64,000 nt of DNA from Acidimicrobiales bacterium (lineage in GTDB: Bacteria > Actinomycetota > Acidimicrobiia > Acidimicrobiales > GCA-2861595), in NCBI GenBank assembly GCA_030448025.1, contig JAUJNQ010000001.1, forward strand, positions 474,970 through 538,969, read 5' to 3'. The notes beneath the pieces are model-generated. The model had not been told where the DNA came from. It searched no databases and saw nothing but the letters and a program-made list of their open reading frames with translations. The translations under genes were made by a program, and so were the position numbers. Shown here one piece after another: positions 54,707 to 63,867 of this stretch (position 1 is the first letter of the stretch; the number at the start of each line of letters is the position of its first letter).

Positions 54707-56272
54707 TCACACCTGCGCTGAGGCCGTCGGCCGTCTCGACGCGAAGCGACACGGCGGGTAGCGAGCTTTGGGTGGCGGGGCCGATGGCGGACCGGTTCGG
54801 TCGGCCTCCGAGCGATCGGGCTGCAGTTCCAAGCGGACGGTCGAGGCAGCCGGCGCCGGCTCCGGCGCTCGGACTGGCCGCCTCGTCGGCCTGACGGCCT
54901 CAGAGGCCGCTCCGGACGCGCCAGGTCTTCTCGACGGGTCGGGCGGTTGATCGGCTGTTCGGGGGCTGGGCTCCTTCGGGCCGGTGCCCCAGCCGGTGTC
55001 ATCGAGGCCGGCTTGGAGCATGGGAACGTCGGCCCGGGGGGCAGAGCCGCCGACGTCGGGCGGGCCCACCATGCCCATCACGGCCAGGGCACCGGCGCCG
55101 GCCGCGGTCAGCGCCGTGTTCCCGGTGATCGAAGCGGCCTGCTCGAGGCGGGGCAGCGCGCCGACGAAGGGAAGCTGGGCCAACCACGAGAGTGGACCCA
55201 TGGTCTTTCGCAGCTTGCCGAGCGACAGGTTGAGGAAAGCACGGACGACGCAGGGATCGAACTGCGTGCCGGCGCACCGGGCAAGTTCGGTGCGCGCCGC
55301 AGCGGCGCTCACCGGCCGCCGGTACGGACGAGGAGCGGTCATGACCTCGAAGACGTCGGCCACGGCGACGATGCGAGCGGCGAGGCTTATCCGATCGCCG
55401 GCCAGGCCCCGGGGGTAACCCGTGCCGTCCCAGCGCTCATGATGTTCCGCTATGGCCGCGCCCCACGGACCCAACCAGCCGAGCAGCGGGGCGGCGATGC
55501 GGGCGCCCTCCTCGGGGTGGCGGCGCAGGGCGTCCCACTCGGCCACGGTCGGCGTGTCCGGCTTGTTGAGGATGCGGGCGGGCACTTCCCGCTTGCCAAC
55601 GTCATGAAGCAGGGCCGCCCATCGGAGACGGTCGCGGTCGGCCGGGGGGAGTCGCAGTTCCTCGGCAATGAGGTCATTGAAGGCCCGAACCCGCTCCGAG
55701 TGGCCGCGGGTGGCCCGGTCGTGGCGGTTCAGGGATGCGGCCAGGATGAGGATGCGCTCTGCGGCGACGGCCGGTTCGTCGTCGATCCCGTGCTCCCTGG
55801 CGTGGGCAAGCTGGTCCTTGAGGTTGCGGGTGGTCCCCGCCTTGAAAGCGACCGAGAACCGTGAGGGAGCGCGGTCGGGGAACACCATTGACAGCCGGAG
55901 AAGGGCGGCCAAGGGCAAGAGACGCCGGGCGCCGTGATCTACGATCCACAGGACCAGGGTGGGGACCACGAGGATCATGGCCCACCACGCCAGCGCTCCC
56001 CCGAGGCCCGAGGGACGAGGCCAGGCTCGGCTCAGCACCGCGGTGGCAGCGACCGACGCGGCGATGGGGAGGGCCAGCGCCAACGCCCGCACCAGGTTGC
56101 CGGCCGCCGGCCGACGCTGCCACTGGTCTTCACCGATCGGCGGGGAGGCGGCCGGTGCCCGTCCTGGGGAGGAGTGAGGCGTCTCCCTGCCGGCGTCCTT
56201 CCCCTCTGAATCCTCCATCCTAAGGCTCCGCATCGTTTGCTCCGGGGGGAGTGTCGACCTGGACGCGGTCAC
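54707..56272 (-). CDS. Membrane-anchored HD-GYP domain protein (c-di-GMP phosphodiesterase type)
   Basis: TRGHSERV, LLHDVGK and HHERWDGTGYPRGL. N-terminal TM helices. Long low-complexity C-terminus. An alternative start at 56233 has a better RBS. Confidence 0.85.
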   Translation of the reverse strand: MTASRSTLPPEQTMRSLRMEDSEGKDAGRETPHSSPGRAPAASPPIGEDQWQRRPAAGNLVRALALALPIAASVAATAVLSRAWPRPSGLGGALAWWAMILVVPTLVLWIVDHGARRLLPLAALLRLSMVFPDRAPSRFSVAFKAGTTRNLKDQLAHAREHGIDDEPAVAAERILILAASLNRHDRATRGHSERVRAFNDLIAEELRLPPADRDRLRWAALLHDVGKREVPARILNKPDTPTVAEWDALRRHPEEGARIAAPLLGWLGPWGAAIAEHHERWDGTGYPRGLAGDRISLAARIVAVADVFEVMTAPRPYRRPVSAAAARTELARCAGTQFDPCVVRAFLNLSLGKLRKTMGPLSWLAQLPFVGALPRLEQAASITGNTALTAAGAGALAVMGMVGPPDVGGSAPRADVPMLQAGLDDTGWGTGPKEPSPRTADQPPDPSRRPGASGAASEAVRPTRRPVRAPEPAPAASTVRLELQPDRSEADRTGPPSAPPPKARYPPCRFASRRPTASAQV

Positions 56273-56300
56273 CTTGAGCGGGATCGATCCCCGCCCACCC

Positions 56301-57956
56301 TCATGCGGCTGATGCAGGGGAAACTCGCCGACGCGAGACAGTCACTCGGTCACGCCCGGCGTGCTTGGACTCGTAGAGGACCTCATCGGCAGCCCTTATC
56401 AGCTCCTCGCCGCTCTGTGCCTGCCCGTGCATGGTGGCCACTCCGGCGCTGACCGTCACCGCAAGGTGCCCGGTGCCGACCGTGATGGCGCGCCGCACCT
56501 GCTCGGCCAGGTCGACAGCGTTGTTGGTTGGACAGTTCGGCAGGACGAGCACGAACTCTTCTCCTCCGTAGCGGGCCGGAACGTCAACCTGTCGAACGCT
56601 CTTCGCCAACACCTCGCCTATCACCCGCAGGACGGCGTCGCCCCGCTGGTGACCATGCGTGTCGTTCAGTCGCTTGAAATGATCGACGTCGAACAAGACG
56701 ACGCTCAACGGCTCCCCACTGCGTGCAGCTCTGGCCACCTCCTGCTCGAGTGCCTCCTCGAATCTCCGGCGGTTGGCCAAGCCGGTGAGCTCATCCACCC
56801 GAGCGAGGCGCTCGACCTCAGCCAGCAGCCAGGCGTTGCTCAAGGAGAGCGATGCGTGGGCGGCGAACTCCACCAAGGCGTTCACCCGGCTCCGGGTGAC
56901 CATGCATCCCCAAGCTCCCCCCTGCTCGACCACCAACGCCCCGATCGGCCACCCGTCGGCCACCATGGGCACCACCACCAGGTTCTTCGCATCGGGCAGG
57001 GCCGCGGCCAGTGCCGAGGAATCCTCACCCAAGCCCCGCACGAGTTGGAGGCTTCGCTCTTCCCAGGCGTTCCGGAGGACCTGACCGGCCTCCTGGGTTG
57101 TGGCGTCGAGGCACGGGAAGCGACCACTCGCCTGGTCCCGGTTGCCGACCCACACGCTCCTGATCTCGTCATCGTCCCCCACGACCACGGCGGCACGAGG
57201 AAAGTCGAGGCTGTGGAGGACGTGGCTCAACACCACGTTGACCACCTGGTCGGCTGAACGCACCTCCTGGAGCTCCCCAGCCATCGCGGCCAGGTTTCGG
57301 AGCTCCTCACGGCGACGACGAAGCTCTCGCTCGTTCAACGACGAGAAGACCGCTGTAGCCATGGCGAGGGCCAGAAAGGTGACCACCGCCCCCAATACGG
57401 CCCCGTCGGTGGGCGTCGCGCCGCCGAACCCTGGCGCTCTCCACTCCGGGAGCAGATTGGTGGACATGCAGTAGTAGGCGGCAACGAAGAGCAGGCAATG
57501 CCAAACCGCGATCTTCAGGCCGGTTCGGTACGACGCCACCAGGGTGACCGCCACGATATGGAGCACGATGAGGAAGGCGAGCAGGCTTCCGGGTCCGCCG
57601 GTGCTGGTCACGACGCTGCATATCCAAACGCCGTCAGCGAGAAGGGCAGCGCCGACGAGCAGCAGTCTCCTTGCCCGTGCGGCTCGCTGAACGAGCTCGG
57701 TGCTGACCACGAACAGGATGTAGATGGCGGTGCTTGGTGCCAGCGACCGAGGGGAAGCTCCCAGGGCCTCGGGCATCACGGCCGAAACGGCCAGCACGGT
57801 GACCACCATGACCAGCCGGAAGGCGTAGAGGAGGCCGGTTCGATTGGCCAGCGGCACCAAGTCGGCTGTGGGCTCGGGAGCGCTCAAGAGAATCCGAGGA
57901 GCTCGTCGCTGAGCGGGGAGGCTGCCAGCTTCGGTTCCCGCCGGTCGATCATCCAT
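56301..57956 (-). CDS. Multi-TM GAF-GGDEF diguanylate cyclase
   Basis: DELTGLANRRRF, FDVDHFKRLNDTHGHQRGD and RYGGEEFVLVL. An alternative TTG start at 57887 gives a 4-nt overlap with the upstream stop. Confidence 0.85.
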   Translation of the reverse strand: MDDRPAGTEAGSLPAQRRAPRILLSAPEPTADLVPLANRTGLLYAFRLVMVVTVLAVSAVMPEALGASPRSLAPSTAIYILFVVSTELVQRAARARRLLLVGAALLADGVWICSVVTSTGGPGSLLAFLIVLHIVAVTLVASYRTGLKIAVWHCLLFVAAYYCMSTNLLPEWRAPGFGGATPTDGAVLGAVVTFLALAMATAVFSSLNERELRRRREELRNLAAMAGELQEVRSADQVVNVVLSHVLHSLDFPRAAVVVGDDDEIRSVWVGNRDQASGRFPCLDATTQEAGQVLRNAWEERSLQLVRGLGEDSSALAAALPDAKNLVVVPMVADGWPIGALVVEQGGAWGCMVTRSRVNALVEFAAHASLSLSNAWLLAEVERLARVDELTGLANRRRFEEALEQEVARAARSGEPLSVVLFDVDHFKRLNDTHGHQRGDAVLRVIGEVLAKSVRQVDVPARYGGEEFVLVLPNCPTNNAVDLAEQVRRAITVGTGHLAVTVSAGVATMHGQAQSGEELIRAADEVLYESKHAGRDRVTVSRRRVSPASAA

Positions 57957-58498
57957 TGGATCAAGACGAAGGCGAGCAGCGCGGCGGCGATCACCAGCGG
58001 GAACCAGAACCGGCCCGCGGTGTTCAGGGCTTCCTGCGTCAAGTCGACCGGAGTGCTCGGGCGCAGGACCTGGGAGCCCTCGATCGCTGTCTCGACCGGG
58101 GGCGTGATCGACGAAGGGCCGGGGGTGGCAGCGCCCGCGCCGACCGGCGCTGAGTCGCCGCGCTCGAGCGGCCTCTGTGCTGTGGACGAGGACGGCTGCG
58201 GGTTGGTTCCTGTGGGTGGTGACCCGGCTGGTGCCATTAGCTCGGTCAGGGGTGGGAGGAGCTGTTGCACGGACGGCAGAGTCACGACCGGTCCTGAGGG
58301 AAGCACCTGGTGCACCGGAGTGTCGGGCACCGAGACGGGGATCGGGGGCACGTCGACGACCGCAGTAGCGGGCGGTACGTCGAGCTGACGGGCCCTGGTG
58401 TGCCAGGAGGCCGATGCCGGGGAAGCCCAGAGGACTCCGACCGCGACCAGCAGTGCTGCCGGCCACATTGGTTCTCGATGCCCTGGAGTCATTGCCAC
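57884..58498 (-). CDS. Pro-rich exported protein with a signal peptide and a C-terminal TM anchor
   Basis: WPAALLVAVGVLWASPASA signal-like N-terminus. FWFPLVIAAALLAFVLIQWMIDRR near the C-terminus. Confidence 0.55.
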   Translation of the reverse strand: MAMTPGHREPMWPAALLVAVGVLWASPASASWHTRARQLDVPPATAVVDVPPIPVSVPDTPVHQVLPSGPVVTLPSVQQLLPPLTELMAPAGSPPTGTNPQPSSSTAQRPLERGDSAPVGAGAATPGPSSITPPVETAIEGSQVLRPSTPVDLTQEALNTAGRFWFPLVIAAALLAFVLIQWMIDRREPKLAASPLSDELLGFS

Positions 58499-58594
58499 CC
58501 CCTAGCGGTTTTCGCTCTATCGGCAGGGGAAGCGGCGAACTTCAGCGCGTGGGCCCAGTCCTATCGCTCCCCGTCCGTGCCCAGCCCGCGTTTC

Positions 58595-58831
58595 CTACGG
58601 ACCATCTTCGATCTTGGTGGCGGTGTCTTTGGAGCGACGCATCTCCCATCGTGCGACGTCGACAGCGGTGTGAATGGCCGACCGGATCGTCGACACGTCG
58701 TGCCCGTGCTCGGAGCGGAGAGCCTCCTTGAGGATCGCTTCGATCAGCCCCAGCTTGTAGACGTTGAGCTGCTCTTGCCCGAGCAGTGCTCGCCGTGTCA
58801 GACCTTCCAGGTACAGCGGTGGCAGCGTCAT
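58595..58831 (-). CDS. 78-aa protein, possibly a ribbon-helix-helix DNA-binding protein
   Basis: N-terminal strand-helix pattern LPPLYLEGLTRRALLGQEQLNVYKLGLIEAILKEAL. Divergent from the patatin gene. Confidence 0.4.
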   Translation of the reverse strand: MTLPPLYLEGLTRRALLGQEQLNVYKLGLIEAILKEALRSEHGHDVSTIRSAIHTAVDVARWEMRRSKDTATKIEDGP

Positions 58832-59213
58832 CGTTGCTCGGTCTGTCCCATTCTTAGGAGGCGCATGCCAGACATTAGGGAGCGACGTAGCGAAAGGAGC
58901 GACGGAGCGACGGGAGCCACGCCTCGACCTCCCGTGATCGAACCTGAGGAGGCGGCGCCACTTGAGGTACGGGACCTGCCGCTTGGTGACCAGACGCCGA
59001 CGTGACCAACGCGCACACCGAGGCGGCCGGCAACCCGCTGGCGTGCGCTGCGCCGCCCTCCTGCCCCAATGCGGTGGTGCTGTGACTCCTTGTCAAGAAG
59101 TCGGCGAGTGGCGCGTTGCTGACCACTCTTGGCGTGAAGTCGTTGCCACCCCAGCCGTCCCGTGTTCTACTAGCCACGGCCGGATGACGGGGTCGAGACG
59201 CGGAGGATCGGGT

Positions 59214-61682
59214 ATGACGACGGCTGAGGCTGCGCCCCGTCGGGAGAGCCCCGTCCCCGCGGAACGCTGGGCCACACGGGAGCTGCGGCTGGCGATCGTC
59301 TGCTACGGCGGCGTATCTCTGGCCATATACATGCACGGGGTGACCAAAGAGATCCACAAGCTCGTGCTGGCTTCGGCGGCGCTGGAGCGCGATCAGAGCC
59401 GCAACCCGTTCCGCTCGCACACCACGGAGCACATCTACTGGAACCTCCTCTCTCGAATCGCGGGCGGCAAGCTGGGAGGCCAGGCGACTGGGGCGAGGAT
59501 CCGAGTTGTGGTGGACATCATCACCGGCACGTCGGCCGGTGGCATCAACGGCATCTTCCTGGCCAAGGCGCTGAGCGGCAACCATTCCCTGGACGGCCTG
59601 CGCAAGCTGTGGTTCGAGAACGGCGACATCGAAGTCTTGCTCGAGGGCTGGCAGCGGATCCCGTGGAAGCTGCGGGTCGTGCCCATGATGGTGCGACGGC
59701 GCAAGCCGCCACTTCGCGGCGCGGACATGTCCCGCTGGCTTCACGAGGCGCTGCACGACATGAACGGGACGGAGGTCCTCCCCAATGTGCATTCGCTGCT
59801 GCCCGAAGACCACGTCCTCGACCTGTACGTTCCCATCACCGACTTCCACGGCTACGAGCGGGAGATCCCGCTGTACGACCCCCGTTTCGTCCGGGACCGC
59901 ACCCACCGCCACGTCATGCACTTCCGCCATGTTGAGAAACGTGGCCCGAGCGACTCGCACTTCACGCTCGACTACGACCACCTGCTGGCCTTCTCGGCCC
60001 GGGCGACCTCGTCGTTCCCGGGCGCGTTCCCGCCGGTGAGCTTCGCCGACTACGCCGCGGCGTTGAAGATCGACCTCGACACGGCGTTCCCGTTCGAGCC
60101 GTTCTTCCCGCTCTACTCCCTGGCCCACTTCGCGCCGGAGCGCACACAGTTCATCGACGGCGGCGTGCTGGACAACTTCCCGTTCGGCCCGGCAATCAAG
60201 GCGATCGATACCAAGCCGGCGGCGACCGACGTCGACCGGCGACTCATCTTCATCGAGCCCGACCCGGGTGAGGCGGGCGAGGCACCGTCCGACGGCTACG
60301 AGCCGCCGGGCATGACAAAGACGGTCTTCGCCGGCTACGCCAGCATCCCCCGCAAGGAGCCCATCCTCGACGATTTGCTCAGGCTGGCCGAGCGCAACCA
60401 GGCCGTGCTGCGAATCCGGGACGTCATCGAGACCAGCTTCCCGTCGATCAAGGACCGGGTGAAGGCGCTGATCGCGGAGGAGGCCAGAGCCGCCGTCGAA
60501 GCGGGGGCCAGCGGTGACGAGCTGATCCGCATCCGCCGGGTGATCGAGGCCAGGGCGGTGGACGAGGGCAACTTCAGCGCCGCGACTTACCTCCGTGTCC
60601 GGATCCGCTCTGTCCTCGAGGGGTTCGCCGACGCCGTGGCCAAGGTCCTTGTCTTCCCCTCCGACTCCTTCCAGGCGGCGTTCGTGGCGGGCGTACTTCG
60701 ATCGTGGGCGGTCAGCGACAAGCTGCTGGAGCAGGCGCCGGACCTGAGCATCACCAGGGCCCAGGTGGAGTTCCTGTCGTTCTTCGACCTGCAGTACCAC
60801 GCCCGACGGGTGCGTTTCCTGATCGCAGCGGTCTCCTGGCTGTACTCCCAGGCGGGGACCAACGGCGTGCCCACCCATCGCGAGCTCGACGTGGCCAAGG
60901 GCAAGCTCTACGGCCACCTCTTCGCCCTTGACGCCATCCTCGTTTCCCTCGCCGCCGATGCGGAAATCGTCGATGCGTTGCGGGCCATCTTCAGCGAGGA
61001 GAACGTCAAGAAGGCCAACCCGGCCGACGGGCTCGACCTCGACGGTTTCGTCGGAGCCCACCTCGACACGCTCGTCGGCGTGCGGGCCAGGATCCACGGT
61101 GTCGTCTCCGGGGAACTTCCTGCCTTCGAGGAGAGCCTGCAGACCGACGTGCTCGACCTGCGCGACCGGTGCGGGGCGTGGCTCCGGGAGGACCTGCTGA
61201 TCAGGTACCTCGGCTTCCCCTTCTGGGACATGCTTGTCTTCCCGCTGCAAGCCGTGTCCAACGTCGGCGAGCGCGACCACGTCGAGGCCTACCGCATCAG
61301 TCCCGACGACGTCCGGCTCCTGGGCGAGAAGGACCTGCGGGGAATGTCGCTGTTCCACTTCGGCGCCTTTTTCGACCGGGGTGGGCGGGAGGGTGACTAC
61401 CTCTGGGGCCGCCTCGACGCTGCCGAACGGCTCGTCAAGCTGCTTCTCGACGTCCGAGGCCACCCACCGACGCTGGCGGCGCCAGGAGCACCGTCGGTGG
61501 TGGAGCCGGTCGTGGCGGCGGACGAGCTAGCCGAGGAATGCCTGCCTGCCTTCCGTGCCATCCTCGCTGAGGAGCGTTCGGCCTTGGCGAACTACGAGAA
61601 GCTGTCAGAGGTCGAGAAGCGGGTGGAAGAGCTGGCCGTCCAGCAGCCGATGCCCCGCGCCGGGCCCCGAGCCGGGCCCTGA
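59214..61682 (+). CDS. Large patatin-like phospholipase (patatin domain plus a DUF3376-like C-terminal region), 822 aa
   Basis: ATG lies 6 nt after GGAGGA. Oxyanion region CYGGVSLAIYMHG, nucleophile GTSAGGING, catalytic Asp FIDGGVLDNFP. About 450 aa of C-terminal extension. Confidence 0.8.
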   Translation: MTTAEAAPRRESPVPAERWATRELRLAIVCYGGVSLAIYMHGVTKEIHKLVLASAALERDQSRNPFRSHTTEHIYWNLLSRIAGGKLGGQATGARIRVVVDIITGTSAGGINGIFLAKALSGNHSLDGLRKLWFENGDIEVLLEGWQRIPWKLRVVPMMVRRRKPPLRGADMSRWLHEALHDMNGTEVLPNVHSLLPEDHVLDLYVPITDFHGYEREIPLYDPRFVRDRTHRHVMHFRHVEKRGPSDSHFTLDYDHLLAFSARATSSFPGAFPPVSFADYAAALKIDLDTAFPFEPFFPLYSLAHFAPERTQFIDGGVLDNFPFGPAIKAIDTKPAATDVDRRLIFIEPDPGEAGEAPSDGYEPPGMTKTVFAGYASIPRKEPILDDLLRLAERNQAVLRIRDVIETSFPSIKDRVKALIAEEARAAVEAGASGDELIRIRRVIEARAVDEGNFSAATYLRVRIRSVLEGFADAVAKVLVFPSDSFQAAFVAGVLRSWAVSDKLLEQAPDLSITRAQVEFLSFFDLQYHARRVRFLIAAVSWLYSQAGTNGVPTHRELDVAKGKLYGHLFALDAILVSLAADAEIVDALRAIFSEENVKKANPADGLDLDGFVGAHLDTLVGVRARIHGVVSGELPAFEESLQTDVLDLRDRCGAWLREDLLIRYLGFPFWDMLVFPLQAVSNVGERDHVEAYRISPDDVRLLGEKDLRGMSLFHFGAFFDRGGREGDYLWGRLDAAERLVKLLLDVRGHPPTLAAPGAPSVVEPVVAADELAEECLPAFRAILAEERSALANYEKLSEVEKRVEELAVQQPMPRAGPRAGP

Positions 61683-61972
61683 GCCCAAACTCAGCCGTTG
61701 GGGCCGGCTCGCCCATCGTGGACACGGCGCCTGACCACCGTCGAGCGCACTGCGTTCCCTTCCATTCACCGGTCGGACAGCTCGGCATGCGGTCGGCGCG
61801 TGCCGAAGGGCGAAGGCATCCTCGTGGTCCTTGACTCGCGCCGCGTCGCCGACTCGGAGAAGCGACCAAGACATCGGCGGGCCGGCTACCGCGACGGATT
61901 TACGTAGCCGGCCAGTTCCTCGGCCCCGCGCACATCCGCCTGGACTAGGTGACATCGCGATATCATGCCTTC

Positions 61973-62182
61973 ATGACCAAGCAGACCACCGTCCGATTGC
62001 CAGATGAGCTTGCCGACCAGGCCGAAGCTGTGGCGCGCGTTCGCGGCACCAGCGTGAACCAGCTCATCGTGGACTCCCTCGCATTCGAGATCGAACGGGT
62101 TCGCGCCGACAAGGACTTCACCGGCCGGGCGAGGAAGCTTCTCGAGCGAGACAAGGAGCTGCTCGACCGGCTGGCTCGGTGA
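61973..62182 (+). CDS. Ribbon-helix-helix antitoxin (Phd-position partner of Doc)
   Basis: MTKQTTVRLPDELADQAEAVARVRGTSVNQLIVDSL. The stop overlaps the Doc start (GTGA). Confidence 0.75.
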   Translation: MTKQTTVRLPDELADQAEAVARVRGTSVNQLIVDSLAFEIERVRADKDFTGRARKLLERDKELLDRLAR

Positions 62183-62575
62183 CCAGGGGTCTCGGTCTGG
62201 CGGAATATCTCTGGCTGGCCGAGCAGGTCACCGGCGTGGAAGCGTTGGTGCTGGCCAAGGCGAGCCGCATCGAGTTGGCCGACTCCGCCCTGCACGCGCC
62301 AGCGGCCAGCTTCAGCGGCGAGGAGTTCTACCCAGACCTCATCGACAAGGCGGCCGTCCTCACGTGCAGGCTGGCCCGGAACCACCCTGCCGGACGGCAA
62401 CAAGCGTGCCGCCTGGGTGTCGCTCGTGGTGTTCGTAGACCTCAACGGCGGCAGGTGGGACCCGGATCCCCCCGACGTCGACGAAGCCGAGCGCGCCATG
62501 CTCGCCGCAGCAGCCGATGAGGTCGAAGAACCGTGGTTCGCCGACTGGCTGCGTGAGCGCGTTGGCTTCGGCTAA
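62179..62575 (+). pseudogene. doc: Doc/Fic-family toxin, frameshifted inside the catalytic motif
   Basis: Frame A reads ..YPDLIDKAAVLTCRLARNH, then the frame shifts by +1 at about 62386 to LPDGNKRAAWVSLVVFVDLNGGRW...WLRERVGFG*. The length is 397 nt, not a multiple of 3. Confidence 0.7.
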
Positions 62576-62577
62576 CT

Positions 62578-62800
62578 CCCCAGAACACCGGCACAGATCC
62601 CGCACCCGCTCCTCTGGAGGAGTGGATGCGGATGGCGCTCAGCTCGCCGGCGCGCTGCAGCCGAGCCACGCGACGGGCGTCTCGTCGGTCGGTCTTCACT
62701 TGGCTCCCGAGGCGACTGGGATCAACGACGGTCGCGACGAGAAACTCAAGAACTCGAGGGAGGCACTCGTAAATGCTGGCTCGCCGGGGGAAGCGAGCTA
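62578..62800 (-). pseudogene. IS110-family transposase N-terminal fragment (frameshifted, truncated at both ends)
   Basis: ..LEFLVATVVDPSRLGSQVKTDRRDARRVARLQRAGELSAIRI / TPPEERVRDLCR.. read from two frames. It ends abruptly 3 nt after the Doc stop. Confidence 0.55.
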
Positions 62801-62932
62801 CTCGGGGATGGCCTTTTCCACGAGTATGCCGACGTACCCGATGGCTGGACCTCCCGGCCTTGCCGCCGTCCTCCTGCTGCCTCCCCTGGCGCTGTGTGCC
62901 ATCTCTGGCGTCCGGGTAGTCTTGAACTCGAC

Positions 62933-63190
62933 GTGAAGCGTGTTCTGGTGGTTGCCCTTGTCGTAGTCGTGCTCTTCACCGGGATTCCCTTGCTCGTGGG
63001 GATGTCGGGGGCGGAGTGCGCGGACTGCGACCTCGGGATCCTCCTCGCTGGCGCGTGCGTGTCTGCCGTCCTGGCGGCCACGGTGGGTGTCGCGCTCGCA
63101 AGGGGCGCTGTACTGCTACGACTCCGCCCTGACCTCTTCGCCGGCCTTCTCGCTACCTCCGGTCTCTACCGACCTCCCCGTCTGGTCTAG
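62933..63190 (+). CDS. Hypothetical small membrane protein with a CxDC motif
   Basis: GTG start. VKRVLVVALVVVVLFTGIPLLVGMSGAECADCDLGILLAGACVSAVLAA... Weak call. Confidence 0.3.
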   Translation: MKRVLVVALVVVVLFTGIPLLVGMSGAECADCDLGILLAGACVSAVLAATVGVALARGAVLLRLRPDLFAGLLATSGLYRPPRLV

Positions 63191-63283
63191 GCGCGCGCCC
63201 GCGCGCCCTTCGACGCGCCGCCACCGGTGGCGTAGCCGGACTGACCGGCCCTCGTACGAGGGCCCCGACCGAGGGAGTACCAA

Positions 63284-63598
63284 ATGGAGAGATCGTTTGG
63301 CGCCGTACTGCGCCTGCTCGCCGCCACCGCCGTTGTCATCGCCGCGCTGGGGCTCGGCTTCGCCGCCGCCAGCGCATCTTCGGATCCCGCTGATCCCGTC
63401 GAGGAGAGGCTCCGGATGCACGAAGAGATGCACGCGGGCCATGGCGGCATGGGCACGGGCATGGGCAGCCACACCAACGCCGCTATGGACGAGATGCACG
63501 CCCAGATGTCCGCCCGGCTTTCCGAGGAGGACCGGGCGTTGCACGACCGCATGCACGAAGCGCGCAGCGGCCAAACCGACGAGAGGAACGAGAAATGA
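63284..63598 (+). CDS. Secreted Met/His-rich protein (putative metal binding)
   Basis: Signal peptide LRLLAATAVVIAALGLGFAAASA. Then MHEEMHAGHGGMGTGMGSH..MDEMHAQM..LHDRMHEA. Confidence 0.6.
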   Translation: MERSFGAVLRLLAATAVVIAALGLGFAAASASSDPADPVEERLRMHEEMHAGHGGMGTGMGSHTNAAMDEMHAQMSARLSEEDRALHDRMHEARSGQTDERNEK

Positions 63599-63867
63599 AG
63601 TGCTTCAACTGGAAGGTGATCGCAGTTCTGGCCGCGATCGGCATCGGGCTATACGCCCTCGCCCCCGGGACGGCGGCAGCCGCCGTCCCGCTGCTGGTCC
63701 TGGCCGCTTGCCCGCTGTCGATGCTGTTGATGATGCGGGCCATGAGCTCGATGGGCAGCTGCAAGACCAAGGACGACCCTGAGGCGAACCCCGACGAGGT
63801 GGCGAGCCTGCGGGCCGAGGTGGCAGCCCTGCGAGCCGAGCGGCAGAGCCGGTCGGAGGCGAGATGA
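63595..63867 (+). CDS. DUF2933-like small membrane protein
   Basis: MKCFNWKVIAVLAAIGIGLYALAPG...PLLVLAACPLSMLLMMRAM. ATGA overlap with the upstream gene. Confidence 0.6.
   Translation: MKCFNWKVIAVLAAIGIGLYALAPGTAAAAVPLLVLAACPLSMLLMMRAMSSMGSCKTKDDPEANPDEVASLRAEVAALRAERQSRSEAR

Noticed and set aside
58875-61463. 862-aa minus-strand ORF opposite the patatin gene
   Set aside because: It has no recognisable motifs, while the plus-strand frame carries GxSxG/DGG patatin motifs and a strong RBS. It is a GC-driven antisense ORF.
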